A stretch of DNA of 64,000 bases from Octopus sinensis. Its lineage: Eukaryota. The position numbers and the translations under genes were made by a program. The stretch lies in assembly GCF_006345805.1 (NCBI RefSeq), contig NC_042997.1, positions 37,820,001-37,884,000 of the forward strand, read 5' to 3'. Under the pieces are notes generated by a model. That model was not told where the DNA came from and did not search any database. It saw only the letters and a list, made by a program, of their open reading frames with translations. Shown here one piece after another: positions 1-13,635 of this stretch. Each line of letters starts with the position of its first letter. The first letter of the stretch is position 1.

Positions 1-165
1 CTGCTTCCAGTGCGACAGCCATAATCGGAACCACTTCTACGTACCTGATTCTCCATAGTTCCATGATTCCCCAATTCAGCTGCTGATATTCCTCCGCTTT
101 CCTTCTCAGTTTGCCTGTGGCAATACCCATAATAATTGGGTTTTTTTCTTTTCTGACACCAGAGT
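1..165 (-). mobile_element. R4/Dong-type non-LTR retrotransposon fragment (C-terminal restriction-like endonuclease region)
   Basis: Minus frame reads ...GKLRRKAEEYQQLNWGIMELWRIRYVEVVPIMAVALEA, resembling the K..KY..L...I..LW....VEVVP.V.GALG motif; runs off the window edge. Confidence 0.6.
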
Positions 166-2119
166 AGAGAATATTGAAAACCAAACTGTCTTACACAGGA
201 TCTTGTTTTTCAGGAATTCCTAGTAAATTATGAATAGCCAAGTTCTGAAGTCAGTTATGTAATAACATGAAATATAAACAATACAGCCACGTTAGTAAGA
301 TTGTAACGTTTCTCCTATCCACATTAGGAGTCGATGCTTTTGGAGTAGCACCTTAACTCCTACACACTTTCATTCGCTCCAGAATTTGCTGAAGGAAAAT
401 GAATATATTATTTAGCATTTCTACTCCATGAATAATGCATAAGTATCTGCAAGAGACAATATCCGACTTGAGAATCTATTAAAACACCACACAGTTTCTG
501 CTATGGTACAGCAGAATTAATATGGCGTTAGAAAGTAATGAGAAAGCTCTATCAAGAGGCATTGCTAAAACGTGTAAACAAACAATAAAGAATAAACAAA
601 CAAGACTTTTTTTTAAATACGCTTCCAATGTATAACAATTAGGGAAAATGACCTAAAAATGTATCCATGCTACAAAGAGGTAAAATAAAATAGTACAAAG
701 AGTAAATATAGATAAAGTGATCTGACAGAAAAGGAAGGTAAGGTTTATTTTTCCTTCGTACGTTGAAATTTAGCTACACAAAAAGAACATGAACATCCAG
801 CCCAGAACCGATTATATGCAGGGTATATGGTATAGGAATAGAAACATAACTGGTGATAATAGATGGATTGCAAATGGTAAAGGGGTAGAATATTTTTAAA
901 ATTAAAATCATACCCGCGTCTGTAACATTATGCAGAGTCTAAAATTATTTTTACACAGAACACACACTTTTATGCATATAGTATTATACTAGTAACAAAA
1001 GTCATACATGAGGAATAAGAAAAATATTTTCCCAATGCTATAATGCAGCACAGAGAGAATGAATGCACTACAATTCCAATTCACAGAAGACAAATTGAAC
1101 CTAACAAATAAATGGGATACTAAATTACTACAAGGCGAAAGGAAGCATACAACACAGCAACGGTAAATTTTATATCACATTCCATCACTCTACCACACGA
1201 ATAAAAGACAATGCATTCTATACATCAAATACACAGTGACGGTATAAACATATCTTTCGATCATACGTGCGTGGTTGTATTTGTGGATGCGTTTGCCAGT
1301 TTTGTTCGTGGGTGTGGTGGAAACAGTTGCAATCATGTTGATATTGCATGCGGGGTGGGAGGAAGAAATTTCTGCCTTCACATGGAGACTCCAGGAATTA
1401 ATTTTAGGCCGTTATTTTTTTATTTTATTTTTTTGTATTTCTCTCTTCTTCATTGCACAAAGCCAGACATTTTTGTGGCACTGTAGTTATTCCTAGTGTC
1501 GTAGTTATCTCTACTATTGTTATTATTTCTAGATTTATTGCCCAACATTTTGCTGGCAACTGTTATGAATTTTATTAAATACTTTGGCATTTTCACCGCT
1601 TTGACTTTTTTGCTGATATAAATATTTTTGGTTGCATCTCCCCCTATCGCTCTTCATGTTTGTAGCTTAGACTTTCAATACGTTTTTCACATCCTTTCTG
1701 CATTGCATTATCACTCTTCGTCTTCTTCATGTTATGTTGTTTGTATTACGGATGTTGATTTAGTCTCTTCTCCTAGTATTGTTCCTAGTTTCACAGATTA
1801 TATTGCAGCACAAGTATCAATGTAAACGTTGATTTAATTCATTTATACTACTAACACGTTTTCTCTAATACCTGGGATTAAATATTTGTTATTCTCTGAA
1901 GTCAAATTCACTGAGGCGTTTGACAGTTTAAACGTCAAAGGTACGACCATGGCTGCTTTCTACAGCACGACTCTTGTTTATCTTCAACAGTGCTCCTGAC
2001 GTAACTGAATATTTATTATCTGCTTGACTGTTGACGATTGGAAAATTTATTTATGACACTCTCTCGTAGTAAATTCGTTCAAAAATTCAAAAATATATAT
2101 TCATAATTTTGTACGTATT

Positions 2120-2504
2120 GGGATGGAAGCACTCCGTCGGTTACGACGACGAGGGTTCCGGTTGATCCGATCAACGGAACAGCCTGCTCGTGAAATTAAC
2201 GTGTAAGTGGCTGAGCACTCCACAGACACGTGTACCCTTAACGTAGTTTTCGAGGATATTCAGCGTGACACAGAGAGTGACAAGGCCGGCCCTTTGAAGT
2301 ACAGGTACAACAGAAACAGGAAGTAAGAGTGAGAGAAAGTTGTGGTGAAAGAGTACAGCAGGGATCTCCACCATCCCCGCTGGAGCCTCGTGGAGCTTTA
2401 GGTGTTTTCGCTCAATAAACACTCACAACGCTCGGTCTGGGAATCGAAACCGCGATCCTACGACCGCGAGTCCGCTGCCCTAACCACTGGGCCATTGCGC
2501 CTCC
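2120..2504 (-). mobile_element. tRNA-derived SINE, family A (full length)
   Basis: tRNA-like head ggaggcgcaatggcccagtggttagggcagcgg...ggtttcgattccc with A/B boxes; 12-bp TSD tttgtacgtatt at 2108-2119 and 2505-2516; same family at 19648 and 47445. May be one of the described octopus OK/OR SINEs (not verified). Confidence 0.92.
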
Positions 2505-2593
2505 TTTGTACGTATTAATTTATGGAAACTGGGTTACAACCAGCGAAGCTTCACAGTATATGATCAGCATAGGTCGATAAAAAAATAAAAATG

Positions 2594-3741
2594 ATTTCTT
2601 TATTAATCACAAGGTGTTTACATTAGGACAAAACATTAAGTACAGCACAGGGTAGAACATTGAAGGTATGCGTATGTTTGTGCGTGCGCATTGGTGTGAG
2701 CGTTTTGTGCGTAAACAGGTTTAACAAATAAACCATTAATAAGATTTCAACAATGAATATTCCTCAATAAGGAGGAGACGCTGGAGGGTTGTTCATGGAA
2801 AAACCCTGTAAAACCGATCGGTACCCTTACATCTTGGGTGGTCGAATCTCCTAACTTCTTTAGACCTGATTTATTGCTGTAAACTCAGATCGGGCCTATT
2901 CACATACATCATGCTCGCCACTTGTGCCTACCTTCAAAATATAACTAGAAGGCACCCCCCCTTATTTTCCACGTTGATGAGGGGTAGGTCAAAGAGGGAA
3001 GTACTTCTCCTCAGCACTTTTAATCGCGTCCACCATACAACTTTTTTTGCCCATGACCACAAAGTACAGGAAAACTGCTTTATTTTCCCAGTTAAATGAG
3101 GGTGGTGGGGTGACTTTAACGATGGATTCAGTTGATAGCCGGATCTGTCCAAGACATGACAGCAAGTGTTCGATATAAACTCACTTGTCAGCAATGCTCG
3201 TTCACTGGACCAGGGCGGTGTCGTCGCATATATCTTGGACAAGCTCAGCTGACAGCACTTCTGTACCTGCAGGGTTTATCTCGAACCAGGAAAACAACCC
3301 GGTAGCACTGTCAGGCCATGAACTTCTGGAAGTTACCGATCGGCTCTGGACCAAAAGTTCTCCGGGAGAGGACGGCTAGTTGATCGTCTTCGGTGCCCAG
3401 GCTCTCCTCAAGAATCTTGTCACTCTTATATGCTACCAATTCTCTATAGAATGCTAGATTTCCACCTACTGCAATACCCTACTTGCTGAAATAAATGCGT
3501 TTGATCTTTACTTGACTCAGAACTACAGTTCTATCAAAGAGAAGATCTGGGAGAACGCGCGTCTAGTGAATGATGACAACACCTGCTCATCATCACCTGT
3601 TCCTCATCAAACAAGCGCTGCCGATGTCGTAGCCAGCGTCCAAGTCTGCGCATCATCAGCCATAGCATGGATAGTGAACCACACAGCAGATGTTGACAGT
3701 AGAGGGATCGCCTGACCACGAGAACCTCCCCTTTCTACATG
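2594..3741 (-). mobile_element. Tx1/L1-clade LINE, decayed 3' end of ORF2 and 3' UTR
   Basis: Minus frames give NFQKFMA*QCYRVVFLVRDKPCRYRSAVS*ACPR and WAKKVVWWTRLKVLR, typical of the post-RT zinc-knuckle region; AATAAA at 2599-2604 (minus); stops and frameshifts. Confidence 0.65.
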
Positions 3742-3769
3742 AAGAAAATTGTATACAGTCTAATTCTTC

Positions 3770-4090
3770 CAAACCAGAACAGAAACAAAACACAAAGACG
3801 TAGAAATAGAGGTAACTCGAATGTGATATCTAAAAACAGAAACAATTCCTATCATAGTAGGCGCATTAGGTGTGAAAAAATATTCAGATAAATACATAAC
3901 AAAAACACCAGGGCTTACAAGTATATACAACATAGAGAAAATTTCACTACTGTGCACTGCACACATCCTACACAAAACACTTTCAATACAGTAACCATCA
4001 GAGCATCACAGCATACCACAGCACAAACCCAAGGCACACAGAGCTGCTCGGTAATGAAGTGAAAGCTCCATTATAAAATTAAAACTACTG
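3770..4090 (+). mobile_element. R4/Dong-type LINE 3' end abutting (TAA)n
   Basis: Frame reads KHKDVEIEVTRM*YLKTETIPIIVGALGVKKYSDKYITKTPGLTSIYNIEKISLLCTAHILHKTLSIQ*, then a short 3' UTR and the (TAA)n array. Confidence 0.8.
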
Positions 4091-4112
4091 AATAATAATA
4101 ATAATAATAATA

Positions 4113-4148
<36 letters not shown>

Positions 4149-4162
4149 TAATAATAATAATA

Positions 4163-4210
<48 letters not shown>
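4091..4210. repeat. (TAA)n microsatellite
   Basis: About 120 bp of near-pure aat repeats read directly. Confidence 0.97.
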
Positions 4211-4620
4211 GTGAAAGTGCTACATTGGAAACTATTCGAAAAGTGGAGGCTAGAGCGAGGCAAGGCGTGGTATGAGCACAAATCGCAGAGAGTGGCGGAG
4301 TCTTGCAAAATTATCTGGAATTTCACAATCCAAACAGATCAGATGCTAGAGCATAAGAGATCGGACGTAGTATCGGTGAACAAGAGGCACCACACGTGAT
4401 ATATATTTCGAGAAGTATGTCAAAGAAATCGGAATTGACATGATAGCAGTGCAAGCCCCCAAAATCCGCTCTGCTGGTGACTGCTAGGATTTTCAGATTG
4501 GTACTTGGATGTTGAATGTCTCCCACGATAATTGACAACCAAGTATCGAAGCTTATAATGTGCGGAAGGGGACCTTGTGAGATCCTTGACAGCAGACTGG
4601 TGTCCGCTCTCACATAATCT
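4211..4620 (+). mobile_element. Second R4/Dong-type LINE fragment (endonuclease region, internally deleted)
   Basis: ORF 4211-4399 VLHWKLFEKWRLERGKAWYEHK...KIIWNFTIQTDQMLEHKRSDVV matches LHW..C.K...WYEH...WD..I.TD......PD; downstream APKSALLVTARIFRLVL matches the C-terminus. Confidence 0.75.
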
Positions 4621-4629
4621 ACCAGAACA

Positions 4630-4718
4630 CACAGTCAACGGAATTCGAATGTAAAGACGGACTAAATGCTGATAAGCATTTTGTCCAGTGTGCTAATGAT
4701 TCTGTCCACTCACTGTCC
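4630..4718 (-). mobile_element. SINE family C, 5' head fragment
   Basis: gaattcgaatgtaaagacggactaaatgctgataagcattttgtccagtgtgctaatgattctg is homologous to the heads at 6110-6186 and 38905-38985. Confidence 0.6.
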
Positions 4719-5424
4719 TTCTCCACTCTAAACAAAATTTTCACCTCAATTTTGAAAGATATAAGTACAAATTTATGGACGAAAGACCATCCTGGTCTTT
4801 CGGCTGTAAAGCCCAACTACTAATTAACCGTACGATTCCTGAAAACTGTCATAAAAGGGCATAGAAGTTTGAGTGCTATCTTAAAAGGGCATAGACATTT
4901 GGATTCTCAAAGGGAATTTGACTGTGTCCCCATTAAGGGACCCATTTTGGATATCCTGAGACTTTTACCAGCAATATTGAACTTACTTAAATGGAACATG
5001 TATGTATGGAATACAACTCTGATATTATCACACGCTGATGGACCTATAAATTCCATCAGCTTTAGCGTTGGCTGTGACGCTTTTCAATGTGTTTTTTGTT
5101 CGTCTCCTCTTATATATTGCATTTCACTCATACCACTGAATATAGGTCGTAATAAAATGGAACGTGTCTACAAAGATGGGAAAGCCATAAACCGTCCGTG
5201 ACTGAAAATGATTGCAGAACAGGAAAAGGCGAAAAGTTTACATTCAATCACAAAGGAAACTAAGGTATGCTCTGCGGAATTTGTACGCAGAACATAGCGA
5301 CGGGTAAATAATTATGGAACCAGCAGTTGACTGCGACGTTTGAGTGTCCAGTTTTTGCCGAAATTCCTGCACAAATTATTCTTTTTATAGTGATTAAATG
5401 TATGTGCTGTACGTTAGCTCACTT

Positions 5425-5603
5425 TCTCCATCAAATCGATTTTGCCTGAACAGGTACACGGTGTACCACATATCAGGCGTCAAAGTGATTGCAGAGCGAC
5501 GTGAGATGAAGTGTTTTTTGCTCAAGGACACAATGCGCTAATCGGTCTAGGTATTGAAACCACAATCTTGCGAGCTTGAGTACAACGCCCTAATCTCTAG
5601 CCC
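5425..5603 (-). mobile_element. Old tRNA-derived SINE, family D (CORE-like box)
   Basis: Minus strand ...ttagggcgttgtactc...ggtttcaatacc (B-box-like), then gtgtccttgagcaaaaaacacttcatctcacg, resembling the CORE-SINE box. Confidence 0.55.
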
Positions 5604-5993
5604 ATATATACTTGTATTTATGTATCCATTTGTGTGTGTAGTAAGATGTTTTGCTTTATTTGCAGTGACCTTTGTATGAGATTTCTGAAGTCTGTTTCTG
5701 GAGAAAAATTTAATTGTTCACTTGTTTTAGTTTAGTTTTGGGGTAACATATTTGTTCTTTCATCAGCATTCAACGTGTGCCTCTTCCATGTGGTTATATC
5801 CGTATATATATCTTCTTTATTTTGCTGGTCACTACTATAAATCAAATCTTGTTGCGGCTTAATCATTTGAGAGAAAGTATTTTTCTAGCATGTTTTTATT
5901 TATGCTCCCTGACATAACTTCATTAGTTTCTTGGCACCGCATTCAGCATATTCCTATTACCGAAGTATACAGTTGTTTTCGACGACTGTGACA

Positions 5994-6407
5994 TTGATTT
6001 CAAATTTTGGCACTAGGCCAGTACATTCAAGGAGAGGCCAAGTCGATTACATCAAACCTAGTGTTCAACTGGTACTTATTTTATCAACCTCGATAGTATG
6101 AAAGACAATTTAACTCTGAATGTGAAGACATACGAAATTCAGCTAGGCATTTTGTAGTGTTCCTAACGATCCTGCTAGCTCGCCGCATTATTGGAGACTG
6201 TAATAATGGTTTTATATTTTGGCATAAAACCAGCAGTTTCAGGAACGGGATAAGTTGATTGCATCGTTCACAGTGCTGACTTGACACTTAATTTTTCCGA
6301 CACCGAAATGATGAAAGGCAAAGTCAACCTCGGTGGAATTTAAACTCAAAACGAAATGTCGCTAAGTATTTTTCCCGGTATGCTAACAGTTCTGCCAGCA
6401 CGGCGCA
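5994..6407 (-). mobile_element. Two tandem copies of SINE family C (5994-6186 and 6203-6407)
   Basis: Both copies run (plus) ttt-aaattttggca...aagt-gatt-catc...act--tactta-ttt...gaaagg-aaagtc...aactc...gcta-g-attt...ctaac--t-ctgc-agc; central ttcat-ct-tcg-ggt-gataaaataagtaccag (minus) resembles Deu/Nin-type SINE domains (from recall). Confidence 0.75.
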
Positions 6408-9400
6408 CTACCGCAGGCTGTAATATTTGGACACGGTTCTTGATAAACCAGGCAGCGTTGAGTCAATCATGAAAGAGCACAGGCATAGATGATGTTGTTC
6501 TAGCCAATGCATTTCCATTCTCAAGCTATTTACCAAGGATCATAGTATCTTAGATATCTTTCCAAATATTAGGATGTGATATGAGGTATAGTTGACTCTT
6601 ATGTCGAGCAGTCGCAGTAAACCTATTATACTTATATAGTTTTGATAGAATGCCCCTTTATGCTATTGAGAAATGTGAATATTACACTTAAATTCAACTT
6701 TTATTTGCAAGTAAAAATAATAAAATTATATATCAATATTTGCATTAACAATTTAATTCTTTACCTTCATTTCAGAACTTTTCTTTTATTTTGCTTCCAT
6801 CGCCAGTAATTCTTTCACTCTCATATCATTATATATACGCATAAAATAGACATAAAAGTCCATTAATATTGTATAAAACAATTTTATAATAGCTGTTTCA
6901 GCACAATATAGCTTAAGTCGAAATGCGAGGTGCTAAAATAAATTTGAATTAGGATATAGCTACATGGAAAGAGCTGCATTCATTTTTGTAGGTCAATTTT
7001 ACATTCTACGTTGTCCAACTATATCTCGTTGTTAAATGTGTCCTTACTTCTATTTCCATATAAAAAAAGACATACCTTATCTTTGAGTTGATAAAGCATA
7101 GTTGTATATATAATTCATATATTTCGCAGACGAAATCAATAGGAACACTAGAATGTAAAAACATTTACTGTATTATAAAAGAGAATTAACGTGGCGATTG
7201 ATAAGGAATTGTTGTAAGCAAGCTTATCATATGTTGACCAAAGGATAGAAAAAATTAGGTCAGAGCAATAATATATTCAAATTGCTTTTTTTCTTTTTAC
7301 TTTGGTAGACAAATAAACGTGTGAAGTGAGCATCAACTGTGTATACGGGTCCTGTGTAGTATGTTTGTCCTTTATTCTTATTTTCTAATCTATTGCTTTC
7401 TGTCACTGCTAGAATACTAAAATATTTTAGTTGTCAAGAGAAATATATCCCTGTGAAACAAATAATATGCATTATAATATATAAAGTTTGAATGGTAAAA
7501 GACTGGTGAAATATCTAACTTATCTACGTTTCCTTTGAAATTTGAAAACTGGGATATCTTTTTTCTTATAATTTAAGCTACTTTTACAGCTGAGAACAAC
7601 TGTATTTTGATATCCACCTTATCATTCGTATATTATTTTTGCAAGCTGTATAGATCTCTGCATGCGCTTTAGAACTGTAATATCTAAACTACATTTTCCA
7701 TGTGATTTAAAAATTTTATAGCTGCCAGTAAACGTAATGTTTATCTTTACTAGTTCTCAAGTTCCTTGATAGTCTTGCTGACTTTAGGTATATGGAATCC
7801 ATAATAATCATCTGGTTTTATAGTTTTGTTTCACTCAATTTATTATCCTAATTATATTTGTTATATACTTTCTAAGGATTTTTCAATGTTGTGTAGTCAT
7901 CGGTCAGCTGTGAAAGCGCATTCATATAACAGTATGTATAACAATGATCCTTTTGATCCCATTATAACATTTGAGGACAAGTATATCCTTCCATCATGCA
8001 ATAAAGAGGTCCCTAATTGTTTAGTGTGTTCCGGTTAAGTATGTTTCTCTATAAGTTATTGCAGCTGAATATACCAGTATCTATAAGTTCTGCTGGTGAA
8101 TTTGTATTCTGTTCAGGACAAAAATGCTATCAATTTTAGTTGGGCTGTTTAATACTGACTGACAGTCCCAAGATTATGAATTTGGCATTAGTTTTCAATG
8201 TTCTTAATTTCGTGGTACATTGGAGTTTAAATAAAAAAAAAAAATTATAGTGTACATCATTTGAACAGTTAAAACTATATTTTAAGGTTAAAATATGGAC
8301 ATAAATTATGGGGAAGTATTTCCTACATTATTTTATCGGTTGTCAATCAAACTTGTGTATAACAATACTGAAGAATTAGAACCCCCTTATTACCATGTGT
8401 CTGAAGATACATGGTGTATCCAGTTACTACTTGCAATAAGTCAGTTTGCCACAGTTGCGACGTTTGTAAACCCCTTACCGCGACGCTCGATAGAAAAAGA
8501 TTATCATTTGCTTTTCCTTTCTCTCCTCAGTAGTTGCACTGAAGAAGTGATTGTGGAAATGTGCTTGGACATTGTGCAGAGCTACATTAATTGAAGTTAT
8601 TTTGATGTAAGATACCGTATGTCTGTTATTTGAATATTCGATGCTGCTAATTACTTTTTCATACCTAATTAAGTTTTTCAATGTTCTTGCATAAGATATT
8701 ATTAAGATGATATTTCCGATAATTTAATATCATTTTAAAGTTTATATATTTACAACGTTTATCTTTGGACCATTTTCAATACGTTTAGCCTCAGATCGCC
8801 ATCAGATTTATTATTCTAACCAGAATATGTTTCCAGCCAAGAACAATGTACATACTCTCATACATATCACCATAGGGTAATCGAAGATCGAATAGATCTT
8901 TTGTTAGTTTTATTTGTTGATGTCTTGTTTAGTCGCTTGGCGTTAAAGTATAATTTAATTAAATGATTTGTTTATAATTTCATTATATTAACGCTTTTAA
9001 TTGTGCAATTAAAAATTCATTTTACGGCGCCTGAAAAATTTGTTTATTTGTTCATTGTTATTTGTTGGTTGTAAGCGCTTGCGGTCTATAATTGTGTCTC
9101 TCTATGGCAACGTCTGCTTTATGTTATTATTATTTTTTATTTTTTTCGGGTTTAGTAATGTATTCTGTCTCGTCCATTTACAAATGTACGTTATGACTAT
9201 GATGAAGATAAATATAGTGATTTTTAGTGGCATTTATACTAAGCTTATATAATTTAATGAGAAAAAAAGCTATGAGCTCCAGACGAAACAATCTTTTGTT
9301 TAATATATTTGTATCTTATTAACATAAGTTACCAGTATCTGTGTTCTAAGCACGTAAAGAATCTCGCAACAATATTCTCAGTAGGATCACCTTCGCTGCT

Positions 9401-10701
9401 TATATTGTTTGTTAAGTTTAAGAACACCAGTGCAATAAAAAATTTATATTAAAAGGAAAAATATGATAAAATGAATTTCAGTTTAATTTTCTTTCAGTTC
9501 TGTTAGCATGGTTGATAACGAAAGTAGACTATGTTTGTGCGACATATATCTGAGATATGTGGAGGTCACTCATTCATAAATGCAGTTAACCTCATTCTCA
9601 TATTCTGAAACCGATTCGACTTTCAGAAAATGATTGGAAATCAAAGTATAACTACGCTCAATTAACAAAAATCGCAGTTGGAAAAATGTGCATTAGTATA
9701 AGAATTATAGTTATTTATAATTGTTTGCATATACATATATTACCTATAAAGTTATTAAGGCATCATAACAGCAAAAGTCCAAAATGTCGATAATGACACT
9801 AGAAAACTGAAAAATGAGCAAATTAAAATAATAGATCGTTTATCGTAAAAAAGGTAATCTGATATAAATAATCTAAATATTAACTATAAAACATTACTAA
9901 AAGTACTTTTATAATAATTGATAATTTAAAGTTTTATGTGAAAAACAAAACATTTATTAAAGGTTATTAAATTCGCTATACTTCATTTTATAAGCAATCG
10001 CTAATCTTGGTTCCAGCACCGCTTACTTTTTTTCATTATATCTGTGTGAAAACTCCATCCTCTATAATATACACAGTAGCATGTGCGATCAGATGGATAA
10101 GCTACAGACTCCATATCATATAGATCTAATCGCACTCGCATTCACATTCCTATCAACTGTATCGACTCTTCCCACCATATATCTAATGTATTCTTGTTTG
10201 CTATTTTACTCTTTCCTTAATCTTGACTAACGTTGATAGCAACTATACTCTTTTTATTTCCGACCACTGTCTTTCTTAAAGTCACACTTCTCTTTACGCT
10301 ATTTCATTCCCAGCATTTTCCTTAACCTTCTTATTAGCGTCGAATTATATCTCTATTTGTCACTTCCATACACTTTCCCTTAATCCCATCGCCACACTTT
10401 TCTCTTAATCTATCTGTTTTCTCTTTCATTTCTCTTCGATGTTTCGCCATTTCTATGGCGATCCCCAACAGGATCGGAAACGATTGATTTAGCCAGTTCA
10501 CAACTTAAATGAATACAGTGTACAAGCCATGTGCTATGTAGGCATGCCCCAATAATGAAATAGAAGCAGCGCTAGTGTAATAAACATTACCAACTACAAA
10601 TACTTAGGGCACATACAGAGTGTATTTGCCGGCAGGTCGCGAGTTCTGGTGGTGGAGACATCACTCTCAAAGACTTGCACACACACACACATATATAAAT
10701 G

Positions 10702-10765
<64 letters not shown>

Positions 10766-10798
10766 TTTGTGTATGTATACTATGTATATATGTATATA

Positions 10799-10964
10799 GA
10801 CGCAAGTGTGGCTGTGTGGTAAGGAGCTTGCTTCCCAACACACATGGTTTCGGGACCAATTCCACAGCGTGACAACTTGGATAGGAAGCGCCTTCTAGTA
10901 TAGCTTCGAGTCGGCCAAAGTCTTGTGGGCTGATTGGGTAGACAGAAACTGAAAGAAGCGCGTC

Positions 10965-10968
<4 letters not shown>
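10799..10968 (+). mobile_element. SINE family B, 5' half ending in (TA)n
   Basis: Diverged match to the head and CORE-like box of the full copy at 21766; ends at gaaagaagcgcgtcgtatatat. Confidence 0.75.
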
Positions 10969-11012
<44 letters not shown>

Positions 11013-11130
11013 CCGTATTTAGGAATGGTCATTTTGACAGTTTAGCCAATAAAAACACACGCACTATATATTTGGCGTTACTTTGCTTCAGCGTTATTTA
11101 TTTTTTAAATTAATCTTAATCTTATTTCGG

Positions 11131-11170
11131 CCAGAATTCTTTCGTCACACTCCTGTGACCTCATCAGTGG
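11131..11170 (-). ncRNA. Minimal type-I hammerhead ribozyme-like motif, canonical core
   Basis: Minus: cca CTGATGA g GTCAC aggagt GTGAC GAAA gaa TTC tgg; stem I cca/tgg, 5-bp stem II, UUC triplet; same strand as, and downstream of, the PLE ORF. Confidence 0.7.
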
Positions 11171-11849
11171 TCCTTTGCTTTTTTCTTTCTTATTTGTGTG
11201 TCTCTCCTTAGTAACGGTCAGCCATTTTGTATTTTTGTATTCCTATTGTATGTGTCTTCATTTGCGCATGCGTATGCCTCTATGTGTGTCTATGTTTAGC
11301 TAGTGTGTGTGGGGGGAAGTGTCTGTAATATTTGTATCTCCTTATACGTTCGTGTAATTTGTTTTTGTTTTTGTTTATTTTTATTTTGTTCATGTGTTTA
11401 CACCTACTTAATATTATTTTTTTATAATTATTATTTTTAATGTATATAGTTATTTACTTGAAATGAAGGTGCGCGTGCATGTCTACATGAGAGAATGTAT
11501 AAGTGTGTGCGTGTGAATGGGGGCTGGTGACTTTGACGTTTGGATGTGTGCGTGTGTAAGTGTGCGCGTCTGTAATATGTGGGTGAGTGGATGATGGTGC
11601 TGGTGCTGGGAAGTGGTCAGTGCTAGTGTATGTTGAGTGGTGTGGGGTGGTGTGATGTGGTGTGTTGGTATGGGGATGAGTGGTGTGGCGATGTTGGGGT
11701 GTGGGGTGTGAGGGTGGGATGTCGATATCTGGGTAGGAGCGGTGAGATGTGTGGGGTTTTGGGGTGGACGGAGGGGTATCAATAAGGGGAGAATGTGGGT
11801 AGGATTGAAGAGAGAACGTATGTATCAGAGTAAGAGAGAAGAGAGGTGG

Positions 11850-13600
11850 GTAGCAGTGAATAGAGGAAGTAGGTGTCAGATAGAGAGAGGAAGGAGTGGA
11901 GTTAGATGAAGGGGGCGGGGAATTAACCACATCGGGTGCTAGTGAGCGAAGAGAGAAGATTAATTCCTGTTTACGGCGAAGGCGGAAGGCCGGATGGCCA
12001 CTGTGGAAAAACAATCCGAACACAGATAGATGTTGTAATGAATGACTGGTAGAGCAAAAATGGCACGGGACAGTGGCGTCATTGCCAAGTCTAACGTCTC
12101 GGAGGTGCTCCACGAACCGGTCAGCCAAGCAGAAGACGGGTAACGGCGAGCGGGTGCGAGAAGCGAGTACTCTGGGAAGGTGAATAGTGGTGAGGGAATA
12201 TCCACGAAGGATGAAGTGGTGAGCCGTGAGTTGAGACTGAGTCTCAAACTCATGATTGTCACTGCAGATCCTACGCAGACAGAGGAATTGGGAGTAGGGA
12301 ATGGAGAGCTGGGTGTAGGTAGGGTAGGAGGAGGAGGAGAAGTTGAGGTATGACTCTGAGTCGGTGTGTTTGTAGTAGATGGATGTAGTGAGAGTGGAGT
12401 GTTGTATCTTGGCCAAAATGTCGAGAATGGCGATGGAAATGCTGGAAAAGGTAAGGAGAATTCGAGGATAGGATGGAAGGATTGGACAAAAGAGAGGAAA
12501 AAGTTTAGTTGTTCGTGAGAGAGCGAGGTTGTACCGATTCAGTCATCAATAGAACGACCTTATAGTTCGGGAGTAGGACCAGTGAATCTTGAAAATATTT
12601 GGGCTTCAACGTAGCTAACGAAGAAGTTCGCATAGATGGAGACCATTCTCGTTCTTATGGCCAATCGCGAGACCTGTTGGTAAAACACCCCTGCGAACGA
12701 CAAGCAGTTGAGGGAAAGAACAACTTTGGCCAGACGTAGGAGCGTGGATGCATCGGGTTGGGGTTTGGGTCGAAGTTCTATGAAGTGTCTGAGGGCAAGA
12801 AATCTTCCATTGTGTGGGAACACCGTATATAGACTCTTGATACTAAGAATGAAGAGAAGTTTCGAGGGGCCAGGAAGGAAGAAGAAAGAGTTGAAACGAC
12901 GGAGAGCATGGTTAGTGTCGTTGATGTTTGAGGGGAGAGAAGCCACTACGGGGTCAAGGATACGGTCGAGGTATTTCGAGATCAGTTCCGTGGGACAGTT
13001 ACAGGCGGAGACGACGGGATGACCAGAGTTGTCGGGCTTGTGGATTTTAGGAAGGAAGTAAATGGTGGGGTGCGAGGTGTGTCGACAATGAGGTTGGAGG
13101 CGGTGGGAGAGAGACGGGAGGAGGAGATGAGGTCATGGATAGTGAGGACACAGTCTGTTGGTAGCTAGGCGTTGGAGAGCAGAGGACAATAGAAGGAGGT
13201 GGCTTGAAGTTGGTGGAGAGCTTCAGCCTTGTAGAGGTCCGGGGACACCTGCAAAAGTTAAACCGGTCCACAACATGTAGGCGGATGCCCGCAAAATGAT
13301 CGACTGCTTTGGAACTGGCCAGGAGCTGGCGTCTAGTGTGGTCGGCAGCCCAGGTCGGTGAAGCAGGCCTCGTCGTTAGATGCAGGTGGAGTGTTGCGGA
13401 ATAGGGCATATAGCCTGACACGGCGCGCAAAGCTATGAATATTAGTACGGATCTGAAATTCGTTACTAGATGGAGTGAGGAGGATGAAGTGCAGACCCCT
13501 AATGAGAAGAGAGCACTCCGGCTCAGAGAGGGAACTGCAGGAAAATTTTCAGGTTTTAAGAGTATCGTGAAAGGCCTCATTGACAGGTCAATCATAGGGA
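11850..13600 (-). mobile_element. Penelope-like retroelement (Neptune-like), decayed RT + GIY-YIG
   Basis: Minus frames: LSEPECSLLIRGLHFILTP..FARRVRLYALF (N-terminal), FYQQVSRLAIRTRMVSIYANFF, GRSIDD (decayed YIDD), YKHTDSESYLNFSSS...IPYSQFLCLRRICS (thumb), DRFVEHLRDVR...CHF...HSLQHLSVFGL (GIY-YIG end); multiple stops and frameshifts. Confidence 0.88.
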
Positions 13601-13635
13601 TTTTTTCATACGGCTACGATAAAAGTAAACGCTGC

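Noticed and set aside
4765-4805. ggac-GAAA-gacc-atcct-ggtc-TT hairpin resembling hammerhead stem III
   Set aside because: No CUGANGA-like core or stem I partner upstream.
8295-8594. 99-aa non-repetitive ORF
   Set aside because: No recognisable motif or convincing splice structure; an ORF of this length is expected by chance in 64 kb.
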